Source: an uncultured Spirochaetales bacterium
Lineage (GTDB): Bacteria; Myxococcota_A; UBA9160; UBA6930
Assembly: GCA_964615365.1 (NCBI GenBank)
Contig: CAZTOU010000016.1
Location: 28,277-92,276 of the forward strand
DNA length: 64,000 nt
Direction: 5' to 3'
The notes under the pieces were generated by a model. That model had not been told where the DNA came from, did not search any database, and saw nothing but the letters and a program-made list of their open reading frames with translations. Positions 1-9,556 of the stretch are shown here, piece after piece (the stretch's first letter is position 1; each line of letters opens with the position of its first letter). Made by a program: the position numbers and the translations under genes.

Positions 1-4
1 CCCA

Positions 5-42
5 CCGTCGGTGTCAATGCTTTTTCGGGCATTTACCGACGG
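5..42. terminator. Imperfect stem-loop about 90 nt downstream of the gshB stop; possible terminator
   Basis: Inverted repeat read directly: CCGTCGGT (5-12) pairs with ACCGACGG (35-42), and AATGC (16-20) pairs with GCATT (29-33). There is no clear U-tract on either strand. Confidence 0.25.
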
Positions 43-133
43 AGCTGCGATCCGGGGCGGGTCGGGAGCGCAGGCCGGGGAGCGTCCGGCGACCGCAGCG
101 GGCCCGGGAAGACCCGAGAGGCCCGGTCCGAAG

Positions 134-1108
134 TCAGGGGGCGGCCTCGGATTCCCCCTCGAGAAGAGCCTCCACGCGCTCGAAGAAGGTCTCCTCGTAG
201 CGAACCCCGTCGAGGGCGTTCATCTCCTGGAGCCCGGTCGGGCTGGTGACGTTCACCTCGGTGAGCAGGCGCCCGATCACGTCGATTCCGACGAAGAAGA
301 GGCCGTCCCGCCGGAGTCGGGGCGCGATTCGTTCGATGATCTTGCGGTCGTGCTCGTCGACGACCGCCTTCACCGGCTTCCCCCCGACGTGGAGATTCGA
401 CCGGGTCTCGCCCTCGGCGGGCACCCGGAGCACCGCGCCGAGCGGCTCTCCATCGACGAGGAGGATCCTCTTGTCGCCCTCGCGAACCGCCGGGATGTAG
501 CGCTGGGCCATGGTCCAGCGGGCCTCGAAATCGGTCGACTGCTCGAGAATCGAGAAGAGATTCCGGTCGTCCTGGCGAACGTAGAAGATCCCCTCCCCTC
601 CCTTGCCGTCGAGGGGCTTGACGATCATCTCGCCGCCCATCTTCCCCATGAAACCGATCAGCTCCTCGATCTCCCGGGTCACGCAGGTCTCCGGTATCAG
701 GTCGGGAAAGTGCAGGGCGTAGAGCTTCTCGTTGGCCGCCAGGATCCCCTCCGGCCGGTTCAGCACCCGCGCCCGGCGGCACAGCGAGAGGATCTGGGTG
801 ACGGTGACGTAGTCCGCGTCCACCGGGGGGTCCTTGCGCTGGAAGACCAGATCGAGTTCGTCGTCGACGACCACCCGTCGAGCCGGCTCCAGATCCACGT
901 GCCGGCCGGCCTCCCGACGGAGCCTGGCCGGCTGGATACGCGCCATCACCCGGGCCCCGTCGATGCCCAGATCCGCCGGATCCGCGTAGAAGACCCGGTG
1001 GCCCCGGCGCTGGGCTTCGAGCATCAGGGCGAAGCTGGTGTCCGCCTCGATGTCCACCTTCTCGATGGGATCCATTACGAAGGCCATGGCGGCTTCGCGT
1101 TTCGTCAT
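134..1108 (-). CDS. gshB: Glutathione synthetase (prokaryotic ATP-grasp type)
   Basis: 324-aa ORF. Blocks 'AFVMDPIE', 'RVLNRPEG', 'MIVKPLDGKGGEGIF' and 'DKRILLVDGEP...NLHVGG' match my memory of GshB. GGAG lies about 9 nt upstream of ATG 1108. Confidence 0.9.
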   Translation of the reverse strand: MTKREAAMAFVMDPIEKVDIEADTSFALMLEAQRRGHRVFYADPADLGIDGARVMARIQPARLRREAGRHVDLEPARRVVVDDELDLVFQRKDPPVDADYVTVTQILSLCRRARVLNRPEGILAANEKLYALHFPDLIPETCVTREIEELIGFMGKMGGEMIVKPLDGKGGEGIFYVRQDDRNLFSILEQSTDFEARWTMAQRYIPAVREGDKRILLVDGEPLGAVLRVPAEGETRSNLHVGGKPVKAVVDEHDRKIIERIAPRLRRDGLFFVGIDVIGRLLTEVNVTSPTGLQEMNALDGVRYEETFFERVEALLEGESEAAP

Positions 1109-1188
1109 TTAGCTGATCTCCGCGATTGCCGATTCGTTAGCGCAGTGGGCGGGCCCTCGGCTACGGTGCGCCAAGTATCGGAGATTGA

Positions 1189-3726
1189 ATGGCTCTTCGT
1201 TGGTCCCGAGCGATGCGACTGCTCCTCAGCGGGGTCATTCTGCTGGGCCTGGCGACGGGAGCAGCAGCCGCCGCGGTCTACATGGCGTTTCTCCGCGATC
1301 TCCCCGATTTCCGGACGCTGGAGGACTACCGGCCCGCCCTCACCTCCACGGTGCTGGACCGAAACGGCATCCTGATCGGGGAGTTCTACGAGTATCGCCG
1401 CCGGGTGATCCCTCTCTCGGAGGTGCCCCGGCTGGTCATCCAGGCCTTCCTGGCCGCCGAAGACGACACCTTCTACGAGCACTCCGGCATCGACTACCTC
1501 TCGATCGTGCGGGCCGCCTGGGCCAACCTGCGCGCCGGCGGCGAGACCCGCCAGGGAGCCAGCACCATCACCCAGCAGATGGTCAAGCAGCTGCTGCTCT
1601 CCCCGGAGCGGACCTACCGCCGCAAGATCCGCGAGCTGATCCTGGCCCGTCGGATCGAGGAGCGCTTCTCCAAGGAGGAGATCCTCTTCCTCTATCTGAA
1701 CCAGATCTACTTCGGGAGTGGCGCCTACGGGATCAGCGAGGCGGCCCACACCTACTTCGGCAAGGAGGTCGCCGGCCTCACCGTGACCGAGGCGGCGCTC
1801 CTCGCCGGGCTTCCCAAGGCGCCCAGCCGCTACTCCCCCTTCCTGCATCCCCCGCGCGCCGAGGAGCGGCGGCTCTACGTGCTGGAACGCATGCGCCAGG
1901 AGGGCTTCATCGACGAGGCGAGCTACGCCGCCTCCGTCTCCGAGGTGCCCGTGCTCAGACCTCCCCCGGAGCGGGAGGCCTACCAGGCGGCGGCCTACTT
2001 TGCCGAAGAGGTTCGGAAGGTCCTGTTCGATCGGCTCGGCAGCGACCTGGTGCTCCACGGCGGTCTCACCGTCGAGACCAGCCTCGACCTCGGACTCCAG
2101 CAGGCCGCGGTGGAGGCAATCGAAAAGGGCCTCCAGAACCTCGATCACCGCCAGGGATACCGGGGGCCGGTGCGGCGGGTCGAGCCCGCAGACGTCGAGG
2201 CCGAACGCGTGGCTCTGGCCACGGAGAACGAGCTGGTGCCCGACGAAGCGGGGCTTCCCCCCGAGCTTCCCTTGGATCGACCGCTCCTGGGGGTGGTGCT
2301 CTCCGTCGACCGGGAGAGCGATTCGGCCCGCGTCGCCTTCTCTCCGGAGATCGAGAGCACCGTTCTCCTCGAGGACGTCCAGTGGGCCCGGCCCGCGGAC
2401 CCGACCAGCTACCCCCGGAACGTGAAGTCCATCGAAACCGTGTTTGCCGTGGGAGACGTGGCCCGCTTTCTCGGCGAGCCCGACGACGCCGCCACGGAGG
2501 GAGACGATGCGGCCCCCTCGGTACGGGTCACCCTCTACCAGGAGCCCGAGGTCCAGGGAGCACTGCTCTGCTTCGACGTGAACGACGGGGACGTCCTGGC
2601 TCTGGTGGGCGGCCGTGACTTCGACCAGAGCGAGTTCAACCGGGTGACCCAGGCCCGCCGGCAGCCGGGCTCGGCGTTCAAGCCGATCATCTATGCGGCG
2701 GCCCTCGGCCGCGACCTCACACCCGCCTCGATCATCTACGATCGCCCGGTGGTCTACGAGGATCCCAAGTCGGGCTTCACCTGGCGCCCGGAGAACTACG
2801 GACGCCGCTTCCTGGGTCGCCTCACCATGGGCGAGGCCCTGGCCCGCTCCGTCAACAACGCCACCATCCATCTGCTGAAGGACGTGGGAATCGACTACGT
2901 GATGGAGTTCGCCCGCCGCATCGGCATCGAGGCCCCCCTGGAGAGGAACCTCGGCCTGGCCCTGGGCTCGAACCCGGTGAGCCTGCTCGAGCTGACCCGC
3001 GCCTATGCCGTGTTTCCCGCCGGCGGGCAGGAGGTGAAGCCGCGCTTCATCCACCGCGTCCTCGACCGGGACGGAGAGGTGCTCCTCGAAGACCTGCTTC
3101 TCGGTCACGTCGACACTCCGGAGGTCGAGGCGAACGGCCTCGGAGAAGAAGGAAATCGAGCCGAAGAGGATGAGCTCCTCGCTGGAGCACCGGCCGACGA
3201 CGCCGAATCGCACGAGCCCGACCCCGACGCACTGCCCCCGGGACAGCTGATCTCGGAGACCCACGCGTACCTGGCCGCCGATCTCTTGCGCGGGGTGGTC
3301 AACCACCCTCGCGGAACCGGCCGCCGGGCGCGCTCGCTGGGGAAGCCGGTGGCCGGCAAGACCGGGACCACCAACGACCAGGGGGACGCGTGGTTCGTCG
3401 GCTTCTCTCCCGACGTCGCCACCGGGGTGTGGGTCGGCTACGACGAGAAGCGGGTCCTCGGCCGAGGGGAAACCGGGGGGCGCGCCGCCCTTCCGATCTG
3501 GATCGACTACATGGGCGAGGCGCTGCGAGATCGTCCGGCACGCGACTTCGAGGTCCCCGACGGCATCGTCTTCGCGCGCGTGGATACGCGGACCGGGCTG
3601 CTGGCCTCGTCGGAGACCGAGACGAGCCTCTTCCAGGCCTTTCTGGAGGGGACCGAGCCCCGCGAGCAGAGCGCCGCGACTGCCTCCGGAAGCGAAGATC
3701 AGCGGCGCCTGCGCCTCGACTTCTGA
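1189..3726 (+). CDS. mrcA: Class A penicillin-binding protein 1A (transglycosylase/transpeptidase)
   Basis: 845-aa ORF with an N-terminal TM helix. Transglycosylase motifs 'EDDTFYEHSGID', 'GASTITQQ' and 'RKIRE'. Transpeptidase motifs 'SAFKP' (SxxK), 'SVN' (SxN) and 'KTGTT'. GGAG upstream of ATG 1189. Confidence 0.95.
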   Translation: MALRWSRAMRLLLSGVILLGLATGAAAAAVYMAFLRDLPDFRTLEDYRPALTSTVLDRNGILIGEFYEYRRRVIPLSEVPRLVIQAFLAAEDDTFYEHSGIDYLSIVRAAWANLRAGGETRQGASTITQQMVKQLLLSPERTYRRKIRELILARRIEERFSKEEILFLYLNQIYFGSGAYGISEAAHTYFGKEVAGLTVTEAALLAGLPKAPSRYSPFLHPPRAEERRLYVLERMRQEGFIDEASYAASVSEVPVLRPPPEREAYQAAAYFAEEVRKVLFDRLGSDLVLHGGLTVETSLDLGLQQAAVEAIEKGLQNLDHRQGYRGPVRRVEPADVEAERVALATENELVPDEAGLPPELPLDRPLLGVVLSVDRESDSARVAFSPEIESTVLLEDVQWARPADPTSYPRNVKSIETVFAVGDVARFLGEPDDAATEGDDAAPSVRVTLYQEPEVQGALLCFDVNDGDVLALVGGRDFDQSEFNRVTQARRQPGSAFKPIIYAAALGRDLTPASIIYDRPVVYEDPKSGFTWRPENYGRRFLGRLTMGEALARSVNNATIHLLKDVGIDYVMEFARRIGIEAPLERNLGLALGSNPVSLLELTRAYAVFPAGGQEVKPRFIHRVLDRDGEVLLEDLLLGHVDTPEVEANGLGEEGNRAEEDELLAGAPADDAESHEPDPDALPPGQLISETHAYLAADLLRGVVNHPRGTGRRARSLGKPVAGKTGTTNDQGDAWFVGFSPDVATGVWVGYDEKRVLGRGETGGRAALPIWIDYMGEALRDRPARDFEVPDGIVFARVDTRTGLLASSETETSLFQAFLEGTEPREQSAATASGSEDQRRLRLDF

Positions 3727-3738
3727 CGCCGCGACAAC

Positions 3739-3803
3739 GGGGACGTTCCTTGCGTTCTTGCGTTTTCGGTACCCGAAAACGCAAGAACGCAAGGAACGTC
3801 CCC
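3739..3803. terminator. Perfect 31-bp stem / 3-nt loop palindrome between convergent genes; presumed bidirectional terminator or repeat element
   Basis: GGGGACGTTCCTTGCGTTCTTGCGTTTTCGG (3739-3769), loop TAC, then the exact reverse complement (3773-3803). It sits between the PBP1A stop (3726) and the HAD stop (3805). No U-tract. Confidence 0.5.
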
Positions 3804-3804
3804 G

Positions 3805-4491
3805 CTAGAGGCCGAAGAGGCGGGTCAGCTCCGGCGGGGAGTGAACGATGTAATCCGCGCCGGCGTGACGAAGCTCGGGGACGCTTCCGATCCCCCAGCT
3901 CACCCCCACCGTCACCAGCCGCATCGCACTGCCCGCCAGGACGTCGAAGTGACGATCCCCCACCATCGCACCGGGGCTAGGGGAGCCGGAGGAGGGGATC
4001 TCGAGTCCCAGGGCCTCCATGGCCCGCTCCAGCGTCTGTGTCTTGCTTTCCTGACGGCCCGAGTCCAGCGGTGGACCGACGATCAGGGCGAAGCAGTCGG
4101 CGATCCCGAGCTTCTCGAGGATCGGCCGGGCAAAGGCATCCGGCTTGGAAGTGACGACGGCGAGGAGGCGGTGCTCCTTGAGCCGCTGCACCGCCTCCTC
4201 GATGCCCGGCATCAGGGTCGTCTCGTCGAGGCAGGTCTCGCGATAGCGCTCGCGGTAGCTCTCGACGCAGGCTTCGGCCAGCCCCGGATCCAACGCCTCC
4301 GACTCGAGGATCTCCCGAAAGGCCTGGAGGAGAGGCGGGCCGATCGAGGAACGCAGGCTCTCTTCGGGCCGGGGCGCCAGCCCCTGTCGTTCCAGGGCGA
4401 AGTTGATCGAACGCGGGATGGCGATGCTGGAATCCACCAGCACGCCGTCGAGATCGAAGAAGACCGTACGGATTTCACCTAGGTCGGACAC
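3805..4491 (-). CDS. HAD-superfamily phosphatase (phosphoglycolate phosphatase-like)
   Basis: 228-aa ORF with HAD motif I 'FFDLDGVLVDS', motif II 'VVTSKP' and a C-terminal 'VGDRHFDV'. Confidence 0.8.
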   Translation of the reverse strand: MSDLGEIRTVFFDLDGVLVDSSIAIPRSINFALERQGLAPRPEESLRSSIGPPLLQAFREILESEALDPGLAEACVESYRERYRETCLDETTLMPGIEEAVQRLKEHRLLAVVTSKPDAFARPILEKLGIADCFALIVGPPLDSGRQESKTQTLERAMEALGLEIPSSGSPSPGAMVGDRHFDVLAGSAMRLVTVGVSWGIGSVPELRHAGADYIVHSPPELTRLFGL

Positions 4492-4547
4492 GGATTTGCC
4501 GGCTTTCGCATTGACACGGCCACCGCGGACACGGTAGCAACCGGAAC

Positions 4548-5732
4548 GTGGAGGAACGGGGCTTCACGACCACGGGACGGCCCGAACTGCGGAGGCGTCC
4601 CGAGAGGCGCAGCCTCCGAGCCGACGAGGACTTCCAGAGCCTCCTCGCCGTCGCCGTGCAACGTCTCGCCGCAGCGACCGGCGCGGACCGCACCGCTGCC
4701 TGGAGCCGCGGTGAAAACGGCGCGCCGGTGGTTCGAGCCGCTCAGATGATCGGCTCTGCGCTGCTTCTCCCCGAAGAGTGGGAGTACGCGGCGGTCGCCT
4801 CCCTCTCCGAGGCGAGCGACCTCGGAAAGATCGGGCTCCACCGGATCGTCGAACGGCACGGGTTCACGGCGGCGGCTCCGGTTGCGGGAGGAGAGGAGGG
4901 CACCGCGGCGGTGCTCCTGCTGGGCGAAGAAGACGCGCTCACGAAACCGGTGAGGCCGCGGATCCTCGCCGAGCTGGGGGCGGCGGCGCGGCGGCTGCGG
5001 GGTCCGGCGACTGCGGCCCTGGCGGCGGGGGGTCTCGCCCGGCTGGATGCAGAGGTCCGCCGGCTGGACCGACTGGCCGCACTCGGCGGCCTGGTCGCGG
5101 AGATCGTCCACGAGATCCGCAACCCCCTGGTCTCGGTGAAGACCTTTCTCCAGCTTCTCCCGGAACGGGAGGCGGATCCGGAGTTCCGCGAGGGCTTCCT
5201 CGAGGTGGCGTCGGAGGAGGTGCGCCGCATCGAGCGGCTCCTGGATGCGGTGCTCCAGCACGGGCGGCCGGCGTCGCCGCGTCGCGTCGAGGCCACCAGC
5301 TCGGCCACCGATGCCTTCGAATCGGTGTCACAGCTGGTCGGCTACCGGGCGACGGAACGCGGCGTGCGCCTCGAGATCGACGCCGAAGGGGACCTTCCCG
5401 AAATCCACCTCGTCGCCGACTCGCTGCGGCAGGTGGTGCTGAACCTCTGCCTCAACGCCATCGACGCGACGCCGCCCGGCGGTTGCGTCCGCCTGCGGGC
5501 GAATCGCTCGGAGGGTCACGTGGTGATCCACGTCGAAGACGAGGGTCCGGGGATCCCGACGGAGCTCGCGACGAGGATCTTCGAGCCCTTCGTCTCGACC
5601 AAGGAGGACCGACCCGGCGGGCTGGGCCTCGCCATCACCCGGCGCATCGTCGAGGAGGCCGAGGGGACGATCGAGGTCGCGGAGCGCCCCTCGGGAGGCT
5701 CCGCCTTCACGCTTCGGCTGCGCGCGGTTTAG
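4548..5732 (+). CDS. Sensor histidine kinase (GAF-like N-terminus, HisKA + HATPase_c); no adjacent response regulator
   Basis: 394-aa ORF with H-box 'VHEIRNPL', N-box 'VVLNLCLNAIDA', G1 'DEGPGI' and G2 'GGLGLAI'. GTG start. A TTGACA hexamer lies at 4511-4516 upstream. Confidence 0.85.
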   Translation: MEERGFTTTGRPELRRRPERRSLRADEDFQSLLAVAVQRLAAATGADRTAAWSRGENGAPVVRAAQMIGSALLLPEEWEYAAVASLSEASDLGKIGLHRIVERHGFTAAAPVAGGEEGTAAVLLLGEEDALTKPVRPRILAELGAAARRLRGPATAALAAGGLARLDAEVRRLDRLAALGGLVAEIVHEIRNPLVSVKTFLQLLPEREADPEFREGFLEVASEEVRRIERLLDAVLQHGRPASPRRVEATSSATDAFESVSQLVGYRATERGVRLEIDAEGDLPEIHLVADSLRQVVLNLCLNAIDATPPGGCVRLRANRSEGHVVIHVEDEGPGIPTELATRIFEPFVSTKEDRPGGLGLAITRRIVEEAEGTIEVAERPSGGSAFTLRLRAV

Positions 5733-6340
5733 CGGAGCCAGTCGGCGGCGATGCGGCTGATGTCGGCCAGACCCGCGCCGAAGAAGTGGTCGGCGATGGG
5801 GATCACCTCCATCTGGACGCCCGGGGCGGCCTCCGCGAGCTCGCGCAGTTCGGCCTCATCGACCAGGGAATCGCACTCGCCGACCAGGACGAGCACCGGT
5901 CTGGCAAGGCGCTGGAAGGCGTCCGGCGGAAGCATGCTGGACGGGGGTGCGACCAGGACCAGGCGCTCGACCCGCTCTTCCGCGACGGCGACCCGCACCG
6001 CGGCCGCCGCACCGAAGGAATAGCCGCAGGCGACGAGGGGACCGGCGACGGTCTCTCCCATGTGGGTGAGAGCCGCGCGGTAGTCCACCTCGGCATCCGC
6101 CCCGTCACCACTCGGCGAGCCAAAGCTGGCACCGACGCCGCGCCAGTTGAAGCGCAGCGAAGCGATTCCGGCCTTGGTGCAGGCGTAGGCGATCTCGCTC
6201 AGGACCGGCGACTCGACGCTGCCCCCGTACAGGGGGTGGGGGGGCGCAATCACGGCGCCGCGATCCGAGCCCGCAGCGCCTGCGATGAAGATCCCCTCGA
6301 GGTCTCCGCCCGCTCCACCCGGCAGGGCGATCGTCACCAT
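5729..6340 (-). CDS. Alpha/beta hydrolase
   Basis: Nucleophile elbow 'GYSFGAA'. The ORF extends to 6394, but ATG 6340 is preceded by GAGGAA and avoids a head-on overlap with nth. The start is uncertain. Confidence 0.7.
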   Translation of the reverse strand: MVTIALPGGAGGDLEGIFIAGAAGSDRGAVIAPPHPLYGGSVESPVLSEIAYACTKAGIASLRFNWRGVGASFGSPSGDGADAEVDYRAALTHMGETVAGPLVACGYSFGAAAAVRVAVAEERVERLVLVAPPSSMLPPDAFQRLARPVLVLVGECDSLVDEAELRELAEAAPGVQMEVIPIADHFFGAGLADISRIAADWLR

Positions 6341-6440
6341 CCGTTCCTCTTGACGCGACCTCATTGGGCCAAGCTCCCATGGGTGGAGGTGCATGATACG
6401 GCTTCGCTCCTCTACAGTCGCGACGGGGAGGTGGCGCGCA

Positions 6441-7106
6441 GTGCCGCGAGAGAGCCGGGCCGAGCGGAAGAAGCGGGCGCAGCGGATCGCCCGCGCGCTT
6501 CGGCGCGCCTATCCCGACGCCGAGTGCGCCCTGGACTTCGAGTCGCCCTTCCAGCTCCTGGTCGCCACGATTCTCTCGGCACAGTGCACCGACGAGATGG
6601 TGAACCAGGTGACCGCGGGGCTCTTCACCGACTACGGGAGCCCACAGGCGCTGGCCGACGCCGACCCCGCCAGAATCGAGAAGCTGGTGCACAGATCCGG
6701 CTTCTATCGCCAGAAGGCCAAGTCGATCCAGTCGGCATCCCGGGACATCGTGGAGAGGTTCGACGGAGAGGTGCCGCAAAGCCTGGAGGAGCTGGTGACC
6801 CTCCGCGGTGTCGCACGAAAGACGGCCAACCTGGTGCTGGGAACTGCCTTCAGGGTCCCCGGCCTCGCCGTCGACACCCACATGAAGCGGGTGAACCAGC
6901 GCCTGCGCATGACCTCCCAGGATGACCCCGACAAGATCGAGCGCGATCTGATGGAGCTGATTCCGCGCAAGGAGTGGACCGACTACACCCACCGCGTGAT
7001 CCAGCACGGGCGCGTCTGTTGCGATGCGCGGCGTCCCCAGTGCGACGCTTGTCCGCTGCGGAGCGACTGCCCCCACCCCGGCGCAGCAAAGAGGCGCGCG
7101 AAATGA
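6441..7106 (+). CDS. nth: Endonuclease III (DNA glycosylase/AP lyase)
   Basis: HhH-GPD region 'LVTLRGVARKTANLVL' and C-terminal 4Fe-4S cluster 'C..RRPQCDACPLRSDC'. GTG 6441 is preceded by GGGGAGGTG; the alternative is ATG 6393. Confidence 0.9.
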   Translation: MPRESRAERKKRAQRIARALRRAYPDAECALDFESPFQLLVATILSAQCTDEMVNQVTAGLFTDYGSPQALADADPARIEKLVHRSGFYRQKAKSIQSASRDIVERFDGEVPQSLEELVTLRGVARKTANLVLGTAFRVPGLAVDTHMKRVNQRLRMTSQDDPDKIERDLMELIPRKEWTDYTHRVIQHGRVCCDARRPQCDACPLRSDCPHPGAAKRRAK

Positions 7107-7621
7107 AGCGGCGGGTCGCCTACCAGGGGCGCTCCATCACGGTCTGCGTCGAGGAGGCGGAGCTGCCCAACGGGCGCCGCGTGGATCTCGACGTGGTGCG
7201 CCACCCCGGAGCGGCCGCGGTGGTGCCCTTCGAGACCGATCGGGTGGTCCTCTTGATCCGCCAGTTCCGGCACGCGGCGGGGGGCACGATCTGGGAGGTC
7301 CCGGCCGGCAAGCTCGACGGCGACCCCCCCGAGGTCTGCGCAGCCAAAGAGCTCGAGGAGGAGGCGGGGCGGCGGGCCGGTCGACTCGAGCGGCTCGGCT
7401 CGATCTATACCACCCCGGGATTCACCGACGAGGTGATCCACCTCTTCGCCGCCTTCGACCTGGAGCCGATCCCACAGCGCCTCGAGGCCGACGAGGTGAT
7501 CGAGGTGGTGCCCACGCCGATCGAGGAGGCGCTCGAGATGATCTGGCGGGGAGAGCTCCGCGACGGCAAGAGCGCCATCGCCCTGATCCATGCGGCTCGG
7601 CGGATCGGGCTTCTCCGTTGA
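7103..7621 (+). CDS. NUDIX hydrolase (ADP-ribose pyrophosphatase-like)
   Basis: Nudix box 'GKLDGDPPEVCAAKELEEEAG'. ATG 7103 overlaps the nth stop as ATGA. Confidence 0.85.
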   Translation: MKRRVAYQGRSITVCVEEAELPNGRRVDLDVVRHPGAAAVVPFETDRVVLLIRQFRHAAGGTIWEVPAGKLDGDPPEVCAAKELEEEAGRRAGRLERLGSIYTTPGFTDEVIHLFAAFDLEPIPQRLEADEVIEVVPTPIEEALEMIWRGELRDGKSAIALIHAARRIGLLR

Positions 7622-8550
7622 GGCTCGCCGTCGCCCTCGGCTGGCACTCGCTGGCCTTCGAGGAGCTGCTCGAGCTGGTGCGCCACGCCGAGTCGGCGGG
7701 ATTCCGGGCGGCTTTCGTGGACGGGGACGTCTCTCAAATCCCGGGCCGCGGGGAGGGCGACGTCCTCGACGGATGGACCGTCACCGCGGCACTGCTGGCC
7801 AGGACGGAACGGATTCAGATCGGCTCGATCCGCCTGGTCCACCACTGGAACGCGGCGCGACTGGCCCAGGCCACCGCCACTCTGGAGCGCATCGCCCCGG
7901 GTCGGTTCCGCTTCCTGATCTCGATTGGCGGGCAGGCGGCGGACCGGTGCTTCGGCCTCCCGTTTCCCTCCGCGCGGGAGCGCATCGCTTGGCTGAACGA
8001 GACTCTCTGGGCGCTTCGTCGGCTCTGGCAGGGCGACGAGGTGACCTTACGAGGGCGCCACGTACGCCTCGGTGGCGCTCGGATCCGGCCCTGCCCCCCG
8101 GCGGGGCGGCTGCCCATCGAGATCGCCGCCGCCCGTCCTCGAATGCTCGAGCTGGTCGCCACCCACGCCGACGTGTGGGACATCAACCTCCCGCCAATCG
8201 CCTCCTGCTGCCGGACCGCCGAAGAGATCCTGGCCGACGCCTGCCGACGCGAAGACCGCGATCCGGGCGAGATCCGCCGCTCCATGTGGATCTTCACCCG
8301 GCCCCATGGGAGTCCTTCGGATGCGGCGATCCGAGACGAGTACCGCAAACTCAACCCGTGGTTCCGGAGCATCCCCGAGGAGCAGCTCGGCGAGGCGATC
8401 GTGGCCGGCTCCCCCGCGGCGTGTCGGAGCCGGATCCGCGAGATCACCGAGAGCTGCCGCCTCGACCTGCCGGTCGCGGATCTCTCCGGCCTCTCTCATG
8501 ACGCAGCGCGGCGCGCAATTGACGCCCTCGTTGACTCCGGTACCCGTTGA
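7618..8550 (+). CDS. LLM-class (luciferase-like) flavin/F420-dependent oxidoreductase
   Basis: TIM-barrel LLM-like sequence ('LGWHSLAFEELLELVRHAESAGFRAAFVDGD', 'RFRFLISIGG'). In-frame TTG 7618 overlaps the NUDIX stop. The N-terminal part of track ORF 7024..8550 overlaps the nth and NUDIX genes out of frame. Confidence 0.7.
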   Translation: MRLAVALGWHSLAFEELLELVRHAESAGFRAAFVDGDVSQIPGRGEGDVLDGWTVTAALLARTERIQIGSIRLVHHWNAARLAQATATLERIAPGRFRFLISIGGQAADRCFGLPFPSARERIAWLNETLWALRRLWQGDEVTLRGRHVRLGGARIRPCPPAGRLPIEIAAARPRMLELVATHADVWDINLPPIASCCRTAEEILADACRREDRDPGEIRRSMWIFTRPHGSPSDAAIRDEYRKLNPWFRSIPEEQLGEAIVAGSPAACRSRIREITESCRLDLPVADLSGLSHDAARRAIDALVDSGTR

Positions 8551-8728
8551 AACTACGCTCTTCGGGTTAGCGGGATCCCGCGCCCGTCCCGCCAACCCAC
8601 ATTGCTGGAGGCGACGCCGAGGACAGTTGTTGGGCACCCGGTGTCGCCCGAGCGAGTCCGGACGATCGACCAGAGACTGATTCGCACTCGGGGTCGTCGT
8701 AACTGGCTCAGCGTGGGAGGAGGCGAGT

Positions 8729-9493
8729 TTGCACGGACGGGGCTACCAGACGGTCAGGTTCGGACCGCCCGTCACTCCCAGCATCATCAAGTACCTGCTG
8801 ATCGCGAATCTCGCGGTCTTCGTGGCCCAAACGCTCTTTCCGACTCTCTGGGTGCTGGGAGCCGCCACCCCCTACCTGTTCTGGCAGCAGGGGTTCCTCT
8901 GGCAGCCTTTCACCTACATGTGGCTTCACGCGCCAGTCAACGGCGGCGGCTTCATGCACATCGGCTTCAACATGCTGGCGTTGTGGATGTTCGGCTCCCC
9001 TATTGCCCTGCTTTGGGGTGAGAAGAAGTTCCTCCGCTTCTACCTGCTCTGCGGCCTGGGCGCCGGCTTCATCATCGTGGCGTGGCCCGCGTTGCTCGCG
9101 CTCTTCGGCGCGACGCCATCCGCCTACCAGATTCCAACGGTGGGCGCCTCGGGAGCCGTCTTCGGAGTGCTGCTCGCCTACTCGCTCACCTGGCCGGACC
9201 GCACCATCATGCTCCTCTTCCCCCCCATTCCCATCAAGGCGATCTACTTCATTCCGTTCATCCTGGTGCTGGGCTGGCTCAGCGGTGGCAACATCAGCCA
9301 CACGGGTCACCTCGGCGGCGTTCTGGCCGGATGGCTGTTGCTGCGCCGGATGGGAACCACGGGGGGACTCACCTTCAAGTCGCTCCAGTACCGCTGGCGG
9401 CGTTACAAGATGCGCAGAAACCTCCGCTCCGTCCGCATGGAGGAGCTCCGCTCGCGGCAACGGCACGACGATGATCAAGGGCCCTACCACTAG
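8729..9493 (+). CDS. Rhomboid-family intramembrane serine protease (GlpG-like)
   Basis: 254-aa polytopic ORF with 'HIGFNMLALWMFG', catalytic 'GASGAVFG' and 'HTGHLGGVLAG'. TTG start with GGGAGGAGG 5 nt upstream. Confidence 0.85.
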   Translation: MHGRGYQTVRFGPPVTPSIIKYLLIANLAVFVAQTLFPTLWVLGAATPYLFWQQGFLWQPFTYMWLHAPVNGGGFMHIGFNMLALWMFGSPIALLWGEKKFLRFYLLCGLGAGFIIVAWPALLALFGATPSAYQIPTVGASGAVFGVLLAYSLTWPDRTIMLLFPPIPIKAIYFIPFILVLGWLSGGNISHTGHLGGVLAGWLLLRRMGTTGGLTFKSLQYRWRRYKMRRNLRSVRMEELRSRQRHDDDQGPYH

Positions 9494-9556
9494 GAGGGCC
9501 TAGAGGAAGTCCATGCAGGAAGGCAGCTGCACACTCGTGACGGGGAAGACGACCTC

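Noticed and set aside
1105-3792. 895-aa ORF on the minus strand
   Set aside because: It is exactly antisense to the well-supported PBP1A gene. It is Arg/Gly/Ala-rich with no recognisable domains, which is a typical high-GC shadow ORF.
4778-6925. 715-aa ORF on the plus strand spanning three genes
   Set aside because: It is out of frame with the histidine kinase and antisense to the hydrolase. It has extreme Arg/Gly/Pro content and is a shadow ORF.
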